Shown: positions 9,675 through 19,870, numbered from the stretch's first letter. The stretch is DNA of 64,000 nt from Bacillales bacterium UBA5026 (GCA_002416285.1 DICM01000019.1:1632-65631); one strand, 5' to 3'. A program made the numbers and translations. Notes: generated by a model from the sequence alone, not told the origin.

Positions 9675-10379
9675 TTATGTATTAATATTTTTTTCTTTTG
9701 CAAGTCTACATAAATCTCTCGTCTTTAAGTAGTATATTTTGCCATCATCAATAAAATGAGTCCCACATTGTCGGAATTCAAATTTAGTATGTTGTCTTTG
9801 ACATTGATTTCTAATGTTTAATACCCAATCATAATTGAGTGGTCTAGCATTATAATCGGATTCTCCACCGACAACAACTAATTCGATGTTATCTAAATAT
9901 TTTTCTATTTGAATGTTTTCTAAAAGTGGTTGAGCAGTAATACATTTATGTTTAATTGGAAGACTTTTAAATATGGATAACCGATAGTCAGCATTTTTTT
10001 GATTTTCAATCGTACAACAGACAATGACATTATCATAGCCATCGTTCCAATCATCTGGAATGCAATTCATAAAACGCTCTATTCTTTTGGTGAGAAATAA
10101 AAAATTCAAATCTGATCGTTCCTTTATCATTTCCCAACATTCATTTCTCCACTTATCCGCATCCTCAATCAAAAAATCAGTAGAAAAACAGAGATAAACA
10201 ATTCCTGATTTTATTTTATATTCACCATTTTTCAACTTTTCCACTGGTTTGTAGAAGTCTTTGGTCTTTATAACATTATTTGTGTCTAGATTTCGTTTGA
10301 AATCTCCCTTATGAATATAGCAGAACTTACATCCTTCACTATATTTCTTGCACCCTCTCCATGGATTCCACATTGCCAT
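9675..10379 (-). CDS. DUF5131 (phage Gp37/Gp68-like) family protein
   Basis: Characteristic N-terminus WNPWRGCKKYSEGCKFCY. About 234 aa, typical for the family. Confidence 0.65.
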   Translation of the reverse strand: MAMWNPWRGCKKYSEGCKFCYIHKGDFKRNLDTNNVIKTKDFYKPVEKLKNGEYKIKSGIVYLCFSTDFLIEDADKWRNECWEMIKERSDLNFLFLTKRIERFMNCIPDDWNDGYDNVIVCCTIENQKNADYRLSIFKSLPIKHKCITAQPLLENIQIEKYLDNIELVVVGGESDYNARPLNYDWVLNIRNQCQRQHTKFEFRQCGTHFIDDGKIYYLKTRDLCRLAKEKNINT

Positions 10380-10388
10380 AATTAATAC

Positions 10389-10841
10389 CTAAAATTTTGA
10401 TTTCTCGTAGTTGTAAGGAATGCTAGTTCCTACTACGACGTCTTCAATTTTTTCAATAATTAGCCAATCATCCATATTATTTTGATGATCAAAGTCTAAA
10501 GGCTCAATTTTTTCTACTTCATGAAACTCAACCAAACATAAACATTTTTTATGCCATCTATCTTTTTGCTTCTCCGTCAATAGCAACTTATCATTATTTT
10601 CTTCTATTATTTTTGTTATTTCATCATCAATAAGTTTTATAAAATTAGATACATTCTCTACTACTGCTTTAGCTGTTATTTTTTTTGTTCCTTTTTCCAT
10701 AAAATATAAAATTTCATTTTCAAAAACTCGACTGTGTGGTATTTTTCGACCAGCAGCTCCGCGAATGATCATTGTTTTGCTTCCATCCAAAATTCTATTT
10801 ATTTCTTTTGATTGGTCATCACAATAAACTAAATGAACCAT
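10389..10841 (-). CDS. ASCH/PUA-like domain protein (tentative)
   Basis: ILDGSKTMIIRG motif resembling the ASCH beta-barrel start. 9-nt gap to the downstream DUF5131 gene, so an apparent bicistron. Confidence 0.4.
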   Translation of the reverse strand: MVHLVYCDDQSKEINRILDGSKTMIIRGAAGRKIPHSRVFENEILYFMEKGTKKITAKAVVENVSNFIKLIDDEITKIIEENNDKLLLTEKQKDRWHKKCLCLVEFHEVEKIEPLDFDHQNNMDDWLIIEKIEDVVVGTSIPYNYEKSKF

Positions 10842-11041
10842 ATTGTTCCTCCTTATTCAATAATCTTATTGTAACATAATAATATCCACCTCACAATAAA
10901 AACGCGAACATATGTGTTTAAAAAATCTTTCTCTTCATATATTCAATTCCAAAAACTCTTTACACTAACCCCAATATTTTAAATTTGACTTTTTTTATAT
11001 TTTAATATAATTATAGTACATTACTTGAGGGGGGATATGTT

Positions 11042-11377
11042 ATGTCAAGTGACAATAATGAAAAGAAGAGGTTTATTACTAATATTAGAGAAATGACTAA
11101 TGATGAAAAGCTAAATTTAGGAGTCGAAGGCTTATGCTACGTTATAGGTGCAGTCGCTTTTGGTCTGGGTGTAGCAATGTTTATTGAGGGAGATTATGTT
11201 GGTACTATGATTTCAGGAATCCAAGTAGCAAGTTTTGGACTCTCTAGTCGTGTTCTTAGATCCAGTCGAAATATAAGTAAAATGAATAGAGAAACCATGC
11301 AAATAAATAGGCAAACAAATCAAATTTTAAATGATTTAGGTCAGCAGAAAACCAAGACAATGCAGAAAGATAAATAG
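11042..11377 (+). CDS. small membrane protein, unknown function
   Basis: RBS GAGGGGGG upstream. Two hydrophobic spans (LCYVIGAVAFGLGVAMFI, MISGIQVASFGL). Confidence 0.4.
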   Translation: MSSDNNEKKRFITNIREMTNDEKLNLGVEGLCYVIGAVAFGLGVAMFIEGDYVGTMISGIQVASFGLSSRVLRSSRNISKMNRETMQINRQTNQILNDLGQQKTKTMQKDK

Positions 11378-11383
11378 AAAAAT

Positions 11384-11659
11384 ATGTTAAATAAAGGTAT
11401 GGCGGTAACTTTAGATGATGGTCAAGAATATGGTGTTATCGAAATAGAAACTGTTGATAATATTCAGTATTGTTTGTTGATAAATATTAAAGATAAACAA
11501 GAAATTAAAATATGCAAAGTATCAAAAGAAGATTCTGGTATAGCTCTTATTGAACTTGAAAATGATGAGTTAACAAAAATATATCCAAAATTTTATGTGA
11601 AAGCCAAAAAATATTTAAAGAGTCTTGAAATAGACACAACAAACCAATTTGAAGGGTAA
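11384..11659 (+). CDS. hypothetical protein
   Basis: ORF followed by hairpin GAAGGG-N9-CCCTTC plus a T-run (about 11650-11678). Confidence 0.4.
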   Translation: MLNKGMAVTLDDGQEYGVIEIETVDNIQYCLLINIKDKQEIKICKVSKEDSGIALIELENDELTKIYPKFYVKAKKYLKSLEIDTTNQFEG

Positions 11660-11890
11660 TAATATCCCTTCTTTTTTATTGCCACATAAAAAAGTCATAT
11701 TTATACCGCAATGGAAGAGCACGGCAAAGTTTATGAATCCAATCTGATTTATTCTATAATGGATAATCTATTAAATGATGTTTTCTAGTCTCATTGGTAT
11801 ATATGAATTATAATTATTTTTCTTCAAATAAATTAGGAGATATTTAATTTAACAAAAAACTAACTATCTCTAGTTAGTTAAATTTTAATA

Positions 11891-11967
11891 TGGTGGAGAA
11901 TAAGGGATTCGAACCCTTGACCCCCTGCGTGCAGGGCAGGTGCTCTAGCCAGCTGAGCTAATTCCCC
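11891..11967 (-). tRNA. tRNA-Ala (anticodon UGC)
   Basis: Reverse complement GGGGAATTAGCTCAGCTGGCTAGAGCACCTGCCCTGCACGCAGGGGGTCAAGGGTTCGAATCCCTTATTCTCCACCA folds as a cloverleaf. Anticodon loop CCTGCAC, G3:U70 identity pair, encoded CCA. Confidence 0.9.
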
Positions 11968-11987
11968 AATTTGCTGACAACGTATTG

Positions 11988-12017
11988 ATTATAGCATAGC
12001 TCCTTTTTAATTGTCAA
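11988..12017 (-). promoter_or_regulatory. promoter of tRNA-Ala (TTGACA-18 nt-TGcTATAAT on the minus strand)
   Basis: Read on the minus strand: TTGACA (12017-12012), then TATAAT (11993-11988) with an upstream TG. Lies about 20 nt upstream of the tRNA 5' end. Confidence 0.55.
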
Positions 12018-12120
12018 CTCCTTTTTCGTTAAATTTAAAAATTAATAGAAAGAAATATATATAACAAAATAGTCATGATATCTAGAATATAGTATGCTAA
12101 AATTATCATAAGGTGATGAG

Positions 12121-12816
12121 ATGAAAAAACTAATTCGGGATATAATTATTATTCTATGTAGCTTTATAATTAGTATCCTAACATTCTTTTCTGGTATCAA
12201 ACTTTATATGTATGTTAATACTAAAAACTTTATTTATGAATTAGAAGAATTAAATAAAACATATGATTACGTAATTGTACCAGGAGCACAGATCAAGAAA
12301 AATGGCCCGACCAAAGTATTAAAAGATCGTTTAGACATGGCAGTTATGCTCTACCAAAAAGAAGTTTCAAGGAAGATTATTGTATCAGGAGCTTATGAAA
12401 AGTCTTTAAAAAAATATGAATCTGAAACTATGAAAGAATATTTAATAGAACAAGGAATTCCTAGCAATGTAATTATTGAAGATAGAGCTGGAGTAACTAC
12501 ATATGATACGATGATTCGAGTCTATAATTTCGCTAAAGATCAAACTGCTATTATCAGCACTCAAACAATGTATGCATCAAGAAGTATTTATTTGGCCCAT
12601 CAGGTAGGTTTAAAAGCCGATGCTGTAACTTCTGATTTAACTTATAAAAATCAAAATCTATTCGCTTATATTCGGGAATTTTTTGCTCCAACCAAAGCAT
12701 TCTATTATGGTGAAATTTTAAATCCATTACCAAAATGTTCTCTAGATAATTGTCCTTTCATCATAGAAAAACCGCTAGCATGCGGTTTTATTTGTTTACC
12801 AATCGGTATAAATTAA
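12121..12816 (+). CDS. SanA/YdcF (DUF218) family membrane protein
   Basis: N-terminal TM, then YDYVIVPGAQIKKNGPTKVLKDRLDMAVMLYQ...IIVSG, typical of DUF218. Confidence 0.7.
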   Translation: MKKLIRDIIIILCSFIISILTFFSGIKLYMYVNTKNFIYELEELNKTYDYVIVPGAQIKKNGPTKVLKDRLDMAVMLYQKEVSRKIIVSGAYEKSLKKYESETMKEYLIEQGIPSNVIIEDRAGVTTYDTMIRVYNFAKDQTAIISTQTMYASRSIYLAHQVGLKADAVTSDLTYKNQNLFAYIREFFAPTKAFYYGEILNPLPKCSLDNCPFIIEKPLACGFICLPIGIN

Positions 12817-13678
12817 AAGATGGACGATTGTTAAAACGGAACTTCATGTCAGTTGTACCGATTCCACTAGATACAAATAATTTAGTATGATCTATTTGAT
12901 AAAAAGCATTTGGATATTTCTTTGCCCCCTGTGAGGTAAACAGACCACCTAAGTAAGGAATACGAATTAACCCACCATTGCTGTGTCCAGCTAAAGCTAA
13001 GTCAAAATAAGAAAGATCAACATCACCAACATAATCTGGCTCATGGAGGAGCAAAATTCTATAAGATGGCTTAATTGCATCCTCTCCAAGTGAATTTAAA
13101 TAATCAATCGTGGAAGCAATTCGTTTATCAATTGTTTCACTTGCTTTTAAATTTGAATTTAATCCAGCGATCAATAACGGAATATTATTTTCTTTGTATA
13201 CTAAATCATAGGTATCAGTTAAAATATTAAAATTACTATTGGAAAGCACTACTGAGAAGCGGTCTTGATCCTGATCACCGGCAACCGCATATTTTCCAAT
13301 TGTCGCATTCATATTTTGAAATGCTTCTGTTAAAGCCTCTAAATCTGAATTTTCAACTTTCGCATTTTTATCAATTAAATCACCAGTAAAAACGATAATA
13401 TCAGGTTTTGTTAAATTTACTTTTTCTGTCAATTCTTTTAGATCATCTTTTGAAAATGTTGTACCATAATGAAGATCAGAAAGATGAGCGATTTTAATAC
13501 CGTAGAAATTATCAGATAGTTTCGAATCTACAATTCGGTACTCTTTAATAATTAATCCTTTGGTAGCAACAAATCTACTATATAGTAAAAGAATTAGAAT
13601 GATGATGAACAAAATAAAGAATATGAAGAAAAATCTTTTTAACCATTTATGATTCTTTTTACTTTCTATTTCTTTCAT
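12788..13678 (-). CDS. membrane-anchored metallophosphoesterase (YkuE/YaeI-like)
   Basis: N-terminal TM. Motifs HLSDLHYG, FTGDLID, LLHEPD, GHSNGG. Confidence 0.8.
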   Translation of the reverse strand: MKEIESKKNHKWLKRFFFIFFILFIIILILLLYSRFVATKGLIIKEYRIVDSKLSDNFYGIKIAHLSDLHYGTTFSKDDLKELTEKVNLTKPDIIVFTGDLIDKNAKVENSDLEALTEAFQNMNATIGKYAVAGDQDQDRFSVVLSNSNFNILTDTYDLVYKENNIPLLIAGLNSNLKASETIDKRIASTIDYLNSLGEDAIKPSYRILLLHEPDYVGDVDLSYFDLALAGHSNGGLIRIPYLGGLFTSQGAKKYPNAFYQIDHTKLFVSSGIGTTDMKFRFNNRPSFNLYRLVNK

Positions 13679-13729
13679 AGTGACCTCCTATTTTTTCCAT
13701 TATATCATGAAAAAAGATGAACAAGTCAT

Positions 13730-14446
13730 CTATCCGAAAAATAATAATACAAATTGTAAAGCCATTAGAATGCCATTATGCATAAAATGGAATCCCATTG
13801 AAACAAAAATATTATCTGTTTTCGCAAGCATATATGCAAATACAATACCAGGAGTACAATAAGGAATTAAATAGAATAAATCAAATGTGGAGTTCATGGA
13901 TAATACGACATGCATCCCACCAAATACAATTCCTGATACTAATATAAACAATATTTTATTTGGAATTAAATTACGAATACCTTGACGGAATAGTAACTCT
14001 TCAACAACTGGCGCGATAAATACAGCGGAAAAATAAACATAAAAAGGATTAATTCCAAATGCATCACGAATTGTTTTTTCGTTATTTGGAAGTTGTCCAT
14101 TAGCTATACTACTTAAAATCATATTGCTAAGCATCATAATTGCTAAAGCAATTAGCCAATATTTTAAATATTCTCCATAATACTCTTTATGATGTTCTTT
14201 TAAATCTTTAAAATCCTGTTCCAGCTTTTTATGGAATAAAAGCATAATACTAGTTAATAATAAAACATTGCACATTACCATATAGAAGATTTTAACGCCA
14301 CTATTTAAGGTATCGACATCTAGACCAAATAACGTTAAAAATGGTTCTTCAAAAATAGAAATACCAAAATAAATTAGAAAAGCGATAAGAGCAATTCCAG
14401 CATTCTTTATATATGCTTCAGTAGTGATTTTAGATTTGTCCTTCAT
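13730..14446 (-). CDS. CPBP family intramembrane glutamic endopeptidase
   Basis: Multi-TM protein with EELLFRQG, FGGMH and FHFMHN motifs. Confidence 0.8.
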   Translation of the reverse strand: MKDKSKITTEAYIKNAGIALIAFLIYFGISIFEEPFLTLFGLDVDTLNSGVKIFYMVMCNVLLLTSIMLLFHKKLEQDFKDLKEHHKEYYGEYLKYWLIALAIMMLSNMILSSIANGQLPNNEKTIRDAFGINPFYVYFSAVFIAPVVEELLFRQGIRNLIPNKILFILVSGIVFGGMHVVLSMNSTFDLFYLIPYCTPGIVFAYMLAKTDNIFVSMGFHFMHNGILMALQFVLLFFG

Positions 14447-14638
14447 ATTACCATCTCCTATTCTACATTATAACATGCAATATCAGAATTTGACTATAAT
14501 TTTTATTAATCGTGTATTATAAAATCAAGAAAATATTATAAAAAAGGTGTTAAAATAGGAAAAAATATGATATACTAAGACTAGTTGATGCAAAAAAAGA
14601 GTGGGACAGCCCACTCTTTCATTTAAAATGGAGGTATT

Positions 14639-14893
14639 ATGGAAATAGCAAAAACAGTTCGAGAACTAATTGAACCAATTATTACAGAAAATCATTACCA
14701 TCTAGAAAATGTCGAATATGTAAAAGAAGGAAAAGTTTATTTTCTAAGAGTTGTCATTTCGAAACAAGGTATTTTAGATGTTGAAGATTGTGTAACCGTT
14801 AGTCAACTAATTAATCCTATTCTTGATGAAAAGGATCCGATTGCCGAAAATTATATCTTGGACGTATGTTCAAAAGAGGGGGACAGTGAATAA
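14639..14893 (+). CDS. rimP: ribosome maturation factor RimP, N-terminal domain only (84 aa)
   Basis: Position directly upstream of nusA. Similarity to the RimP N-domain (VEYVKEGKVYFLRVVI...DPIAENYILDV). The ORF stops where the SSPG motif and C-terminal domain normally follow. Confidence 0.6.
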   Translation: MEIAKTVRELIEPIITENHYHLENVEYVKEGKVYFLRVVISKQGILDVEDCVTVSQLINPILDEKDPIAENYILDVCSKEGDSE

Positions 14894-14894
14894 A

Positions 14895-16055
14895 ATGGAT
14901 AACAAGGCATTCAAAAAAGCAGTAGATCTTCTTGTGAAAGAAAAGGGGATCAAGGAAGATGTCATCTATGATGCAATGGAATTAGCCCTGACATCAGCTT
15001 ATAAAAAAAATTATAATTCACTTGCTAATGTACGTGTTAGTGTTGATCGTAATAATGGAGATATTCATGTATATTCTTTTAAAACTGTAGTAGATCGTTC
15101 TGAAGAAGACAAATATCAAAAGTTTTCAGATATTGATTTTTCTACAATTAATGAAGAAGATGAAGAGGATGATGGTGGTGAAGTTCTCCCATTTGTATAT
15201 GATGAGAGAATTCATTTAACATTGGAAGAAGCTCGTAAAATCGTTCCTGGTATTAATGTAGGAGAGACGATTGAAGAGGAGATTACACCAACAGACTTCG
15301 GACGCGTTGCAGCAGCAACAGCAAAACAAGTTGTCGTTCAAAAAATCCGTGAAGCAGAGCGTAATGTGATTATTGAAGAATTTAATGATAAACAAGATGA
15401 GATGGTTGTTGGACAAGTAGCTATGGAAGATGTTCGAAACTATTATATCGATCTTGGAAAAACACAAGGAATTTTGCCAAAGACAGAGATTATTCCAGGC
15501 GAAATAATAAAAATGGGAGCGAATCTCAAAGTTTATATTACAAAAGTAGAAAATAATACAAAGGGACCTTTAATACTTCTTTCAAGAAGTCATTATGGAC
15601 TTGTAAAGAGATTATTTGAACTTGAAATACCAGAAATTAACGATGGAACAATTTTAGTTTATAGTGTAGCCAGAGAAGCTGGTGTTAGAACGAAAATTGC
15701 AGTTTACTCTGAGAATTCAAATGTTGATCCTGTTGGAGCTTGTATTGGAGAAAAGGGAACTAGAATAAGTCGTATTATTAAAGAATTAAATGGAGAAAAA
15801 ATCGATGTTATTCCATTTGAGAATGCTCCAGCTAAATTTATTGAAAATGCACTAAGTCCAGCAAAAAATCTCAATGTATTAATTACAGATGAGAAAAAGA
15901 GAGAGGCTTATGTGGTAGTGGATCAAGATAACTTTTCTCTAGCAATAGGAAAAAGAGGACTTAATGTTAAATTAGCAGCTCGTTTGACGCACTACAAAAT
16001 TGATGTAAAAACAAGAGAGCAAGCAAGAGAAGATGGCATTAACATTATCGGATAG
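14895..16055 (+). CDS. nusA: transcription termination/antitermination factor NusA
   Basis: MDNKAFKKAVDLLVKEKGI..., S1 and two KH regions (GACIGEKGTRI, AIGKRGLNVKLA). ATG 14895, right after the rimP stop, is preferred over listed start 14823. Confidence 0.95.
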   Translation: MDNKAFKKAVDLLVKEKGIKEDVIYDAMELALTSAYKKNYNSLANVRVSVDRNNGDIHVYSFKTVVDRSEEDKYQKFSDIDFSTINEEDEEDDGGEVLPFVYDERIHLTLEEARKIVPGINVGETIEEEITPTDFGRVAAATAKQVVVQKIREAERNVIIEEFNDKQDEMVVGQVAMEDVRNYYIDLGKTQGILPKTEIIPGEIIKMGANLKVYITKVENNTKGPLILLSRSHYGLVKRLFELEIPEINDGTILVYSVAREAGVRTKIAVYSENSNVDPVGACIGEKGTRISRIIKELNGEKIDVIPFENAPAKFIENALSPAKNLNVLITDEKKREAYVVVDQDNFSLAIGKRGLNVKLAARLTHYKIDVKTREQAREDGINIIG

Positions 16056-16065
16056 AGGTGATTAG

Positions 16066-16323
16066 ATGCGTGTTAAAAAAATACCGATGAGAACTTGTGT
16101 GGCAACGAAAGAAAAGTTACCAAAGCAAGAGTTAATTCGTATTGTTAGGACTCCAGAAGGAGAAGTAATAATTGATGAATCTGGTAAAGCTAATGGTAGA
16201 GGAGCTTATTTAAAAAAATCACTAGAAGCGATTGAAAAAGCAAAAAAGACAAAAGCGTTGAGTCATCATCTAGAGATTGAAATACCAGAACAAATTTTTG
16301 AAGAATTGAAAAACTTAGTTTAA
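16066..16323 (+). CDS. ylxR: YlxR/RnpM (DUF448) family RNA-binding protein
   Basis: RTCVATKEKLPKQELIRIV...GRGAYL. Canonical position after nusA. Confidence 0.85.
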   Translation: MRVKKIPMRTCVATKEKLPKQELIRIVRTPEGEVIIDESGKANGRGAYLKKSLEAIEKAKKTKALSHHLEIEIPEQIFEELKNLV

Positions 16324-16344
16324 TTTTCAGACAGGGGGAAAATT

Positions 16345-17013
16345 ATGCCAGGTGCAAGAGAAAATAGACTGACATGGGATGAATACTTTATGGGATTGGC
16401 TGTATTTACAATGGGAAGAAGTCCGGATCCTAGTACTAGAGTGGGAGCTTGTGTTGTAAGTTCTGATAATCGAATTTTATCACTAGGATATAATGGAGCG
16501 CCGACAGGTATGCCAGTCCATGAAGTTTCATGGGATGATATTGGTGAGAAAACAGGGAATATTTTAGAACAGAAAAATATCTATACTTGTCATGCAGAAG
16601 CTAATGCAATTGATGGATTCATGGGAGATAAATCAAATTTTAGAGGAGCTACAATATATACAGTACTGTTTCCATGTACCGAATGTGCAAAAAAGATTGT
16701 ACAAAATGGAATTAAAAAAGTAGTTTACTGCAATACTTATCCCTATCCGGAATTTGTTGAAGCAACAATGAAAATGTTTCAATATGCAGGGGTAACGGTA
16801 GAGTCTTATAAAGGAACCTTAGATAATTTAGTATCTCAAATGGATAGTGCCATAACAGAACTAGAAATCAAGCGAAAAAAATATGATGCTAAAATTAATA
16901 AACTTATAAAAGATTTTATTGAAACAGAAGAATTAAAAGAATCCTATGAGAGAAGTCTTATTGTAAAAAAGAGTTCATATGATAAATATGTGAAAATAAA
17001 AAGAAAGAGGTGA
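16345..17013 (+). CDS. dCMP deaminase with ~65-aa coiled-coil-like C-terminal extension
   Basis: CHAEANAI and PCTECAKKI zinc motifs. WDEYFMGLA N-terminus. Lys/Glu-rich tail. Confidence 0.85.
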   Translation: MPGARENRLTWDEYFMGLAVFTMGRSPDPSTRVGACVVSSDNRILSLGYNGAPTGMPVHEVSWDDIGEKTGNILEQKNIYTCHAEANAIDGFMGDKSNFRGATIYTVLFPCTECAKKIVQNGIKKVVYCNTYPYPEFVEATMKMFQYAGVTVESYKGTLDNLVSQMDSAITELEIKRKKYDAKINKLIKDFIETEELKESYERSLIVKKSSYDKYVKIKRKR

Positions 17014-17018
17014 CAATT

Positions 17019-19115
17019 ATGATGTCTGTACAAGAATATGCAAATGATGTCAATAAGAGTTTGGAAGCGATTTTAAAAAAATGTAAGGAGTTAGGTATCT
17101 CTGTCAAGGGAGCTGACGATACGCTTAATGAAGAAGATATTATCGAACTAGATAATGCTTTAGATGAGATAGTTGATGATGATCAAATTGATGAGCTAGC
17201 TTCAACGGTAGCAGAAGCATCAAAAATAGAACTAGATCATGTAGTTAAGAAACAAAAAGTAGGTAAAAAACCAGCTTCAAACAAATTGAGTAAAAAAGAT
17301 TTTGCAACGAAAAAGAAAGAAATGTACAAGAATAAAGAAAAATTAATTTCTAACACTCCAAATGAAGATGAAAATGTTATTCTTTACAAAGAGAATATGA
17401 CAATTGGAGATCTTGCAACTAAATTAGATGTAGCAGGAGCTGAAATTGTAAAAAAATTATTTATGTTAGGAATTATGGCAACTGTTAATAACAGTATTAG
17501 CTTTGAAAATGCTGAACTTATTGTTAACGATTATGGAAAAGAGTTACATAAAGAAGAAACAGCAGATGTTGCGAATTTCGAAGAATTCATTGTAAATGAT
17601 AGAGAGGAAGATTTGACCGTTCGTCCTGCTGTAGTAACAATTATGGGACATGTCGATCATGGAAAAACAACTTTATTAGATGCAATTCGTAAGACAAATG
17701 TAGCTGGTGGAGAAGCCGGCGGAATTACTCAGGCAATTAGTGCATATCAAATAAATTATAATGGTCAACCAATTACCTTTATTGATACTCCAGGGCATGC
17801 GGCATTCACAGAAATGCGTGCACGTGGAGCCAGTATTACTGATATCGTAATTATTATTGTTGCAGCCGATGATGGTGTCATGCCACAAACCAGAGAGGCC
17901 ATTGACCATGCGAAAGCAGCAGGTGTTCCAATTATGGTTGTTATTAATAAAATGGATAAGCCAGGAGCAAATCCGGACCGTATTATGACAGCTCTTTCTG
18001 AATGTGGACTTACACCAGATACATGGGGTGGAGACACTCTTTATAGTAAAATATCAGCCATGACGGGTGATGGAATCCCAGAAGTATTAGAAAATATTTT
18101 ATTAATTGCGGAAATGCAAAACTATCGAGCAAACTCAAATCGTTATGCATTGGGTTCTGTAATTGAATCAAGATTAGATAAACAAGTTGGGCCAGTTGTA
18201 ACAATTTTAATTCAAAACGGTACACTACGTCTTGGTGATCCTGTTGTTGTAGGAACATCATTTGGTAAAGTTCGTACCATGAAAAATGATCGTGGCGAAG
18301 AAATTACTGAAGCTGGTCCATCTAGACCGGTAGAAATAACCGGATTAAATGAAACACCAATTGCTGGTGATAAATTTATGGCTTTTGAAAATGAGAAACA
18401 AGCACGTAGTATCGCTGAACAACGTGCAGCTTCCCAAAAAGAAAAAGAGTCAAAGACATCTGGAACAGTAACATTAGACGAACTATTCTCAAAAATTGGA
18501 GAAGGATTAAAAGAACTTAATATTATTATTAAAGCCGATGTAAATGGTAGTAGCGAAGCTGTAAAAAACACACTTGAAAAGATTGATATTGAAGGTGTTC
18601 GTGTAAACGTTATTCGCAGTAGTGTTGGATCAATTACAGAGAGTGATATCGTTCTTGCTAAAGCATCTAATGCAATTATCGTTGGATTTAATATTCGTCC
18701 AAATAATACAATTCGTGATTATGCAAAAGAAAATGGTGTTGAAATCCGCCTTTATAATATCATCTATAAACTAGTAGAAGATATTGAAGCAGCAATGAAA
18801 GGTATGCTTGAGCCAATCTATGAAGAAAAAATTATCGGTAGTGCAGAAGTACGACAATTATTTAAATTTTCAAAAGTTGGAATTATTGCTGGTTGTTATG
18901 TAACAGACGGAATTATGAAAAGAGATGCGAAAGCACGTGTTATTCGTGATAGCATCGTATTATATGATGGAAATGTAAATTCCCTTCAACGTGAAAAAGA
19001 TTCTATCAAAGAAGTTAAAAAAGGATTTGAATGTGGAATTACCGTTGAAAACTTTAATGATTTAAAAGTAGGAGACGTTATTGAAGCATATGAAATGGTA
19101 GAAATTAAGCGATAA
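17019..19115 (+). CDS. infB: translation initiation factor IF-2
   Basis: G domain [22 protein letters not shown]-terminal domains present. ATG 17019 follows AAAGAGGTG. Confidence 0.95.
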   Translation: MMSVQEYANDVNKSLEAILKKCKELGISVKGADDTLNEEDIIELDNALDEIVDDDQIDELASTVAEASKIELDHVVKKQKVGKKPASNKLSKKDFATKKKEMYKNKEKLISNTPNEDENVILYKENMTIGDLATKLDVAGAEIVKKLFMLGIMATVNNSISFENAELIVNDYGKELHKEETADVANFEEFIVNDREEDLTVRPAVVTIMGHVDHGKTTLLDAIRKTNVAGGEAGGITQAISAYQINYNGQPITFIDTPGHAAFTEMRARGASITDIVIIIVAADDGVMPQTREAIDHAKAAGVPIMVVINKMDKPGANPDRIMTALSECGLTPDTWGGDTLYSKISAMTGDGIPEVLENILLIAEMQNYRANSNRYALGSVIESRLDKQVGPVVTILIQNGTLRLGDPVVVGTSFGKVRTMKNDRGEEITEAGPSRPVEITGLNETPIAGDKFMAFENEKQARSIAEQRAASQKEKESKTSGTVTLDELFSKIGEGLKELNIIIKADVNGSSEAVKNTLEKIDIEGVRVNVIRSSVGSITESDIVLAKASNAIIVGFNIRPNNTIRDYAKENGVEIRLYNIIYKLVEDIEAAMKGMLEPIYEEKIIGSAEVRQLFKFSKVGIIAGCYVTDGIMKRDAKARVIRDSIVLYDGNVNSLQREKDSIKEVKKGFECGITVENFNDLKVGDVIEAYEMVEIKR

Positions 19116-19141
19116 TCTAATATTTAAACAACGCAATTAGA

Positions 19142-19167
19142 AAAGAAACGTGAGTTTCTTTTTTTGT
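19142..19167 (+). terminator. rho-independent terminator after infB
   Basis: AAAGAAAC-GTGA-GTTTCTTT followed by a T-run. Confidence 0.6.
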
Positions 19168-19247
19168 AGAGAATTAGTAAATATTGGAGCAGTAATGCTT
19201 TTCTTTCTACTAGAATTTGGTATAATAGAAGTAGAAAGAGGGATATT

Positions 19248-19595
19248 ATGAGTATTAAAATAGAACGTATTGCAAGTAATATGATAAAAGAAATCAGTTA
19301 TATTTTAATGACTGAAATAAAAGATCAAGATATTAAATTTGTAACCATCACTGACTGTAAAGTAACAAATGACCTTAGTTTTGCCAAAGTTTACTATACT
19401 ATTCTAAATGATGATCGAAAATTAGAGACGGAAAAAGCACTAAAAAGTGCATCAGGATATATACGCAGACAACTTGCGGAGAGAATTGATATTCGCCATA
19501 TTCCGGAATTGCAATTTGTCTATGATGAATCAATTGCCTATGGAAAAAAGATTGAAAACATTATAGAAAAGATGCACGATGACGAGGAATCATAA
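19248..19595 (+). CDS. rbfA: ribosome-binding factor A
   Basis: 115 aa. RIASNMIKEISYIL...VTITDCKVTNDLSFAKVYY...IRHIPEL. Confidence 0.9.
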   Translation: MSIKIERIASNMIKEISYILMTEIKDQDIKFVTITDCKVTNDLSFAKVYYTILNDDRKLETEKALKSASGYIRRQLAERIDIRHIPELQFVYDESIAYGKKIENIIEKMHDDEES

Positions 19596-19612
19596 TTTTA
19601 TTTTTAAAACAC

Positions 19613-19641
19613 TTGTCAACTAAAAACATATACTGTATAAT
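19613..19641 (+). promoter_or_regulatory. sigma-A type promoter TTGTCA-17 nt-TGTATAAT
   Basis: Hexamers at 19613-19618 and 19636-19641 with an extended -10 TG at 19634-19635. Confidence 0.55.
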
Positions 19642-19647
19642 AACATT

Positions 19648-19853
19648 ACAATTAACTAAGACGAAAAAACAGTAGTACTTTGCTTTTGAATTGAGAAAGT
19701 TCATGGATGATGAAAATGAACCAAAGAAAAGTATGAATTACAATTTCTGAGTTAAAACGTGTCCTCGCGTTAAGAGAGAAAGTGCATAGTCATTATGAAA
19801 TAAGGTGGTACCGCGGAACAATTCGTCCTTATAATTCATAGTGGCTTTTTTTT
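19648..19853 (+). promoter_or_regulatory. T-box leader, probable Tyr specifier
   Basis: T-box core AAGGTGGTACCGCGG at 19802-19816. Distal stem GTTCAT/ATGAAC. Terminator ending in T8 (19846-19853). Candidate specifier TAC (19739-19741) followed by A. tyrS lies downstream. Confidence 0.75.
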
Positions 19854-19870
19854 GGAAAGGGAGAAAAATT

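Noticed and set aside
9675-10379. A prophage inferred from the 'phage Gp37/Gp68' family name.
   Set aside because: No structural, lysis, integrase or repressor genes are nearby. The family is widespread outside prophages.
13680-13862. Plus-strand ORF between the metallophosphoesterase and CPBP genes.
   Set aside because: It largely overlaps the CPBP protease gene on the other strand and has no RBS.
14823-14894. Extended N-termini suggested by the ORF track for nusA (14823), gap (43101), pgk (46037), aspS (4881), rpsD (23033), the GH3 gene (25036), tpiA (49466) and deoC-like (19841).
   Set aside because: In each case an internal ATG with a good Shine-Dalgarno sequence matches the conserved protein N-terminus. 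The upstream part overlaps a preceding gene or terminator.
17676-18571. Four antisense ORFs inside infB (17676..17909, 17765..18037, 18010..18261, 18212..18571).
   Set aside because: They lie opposite a highly conserved GTPase coding region. This is typical antisense openness with no independent signals. The same reasoning applies to other antisense ORFs, such as 206..487, 1597..1869, 3394..3639, 4645..5125, 21175..21655, 43696..43951 and 56445..56762.
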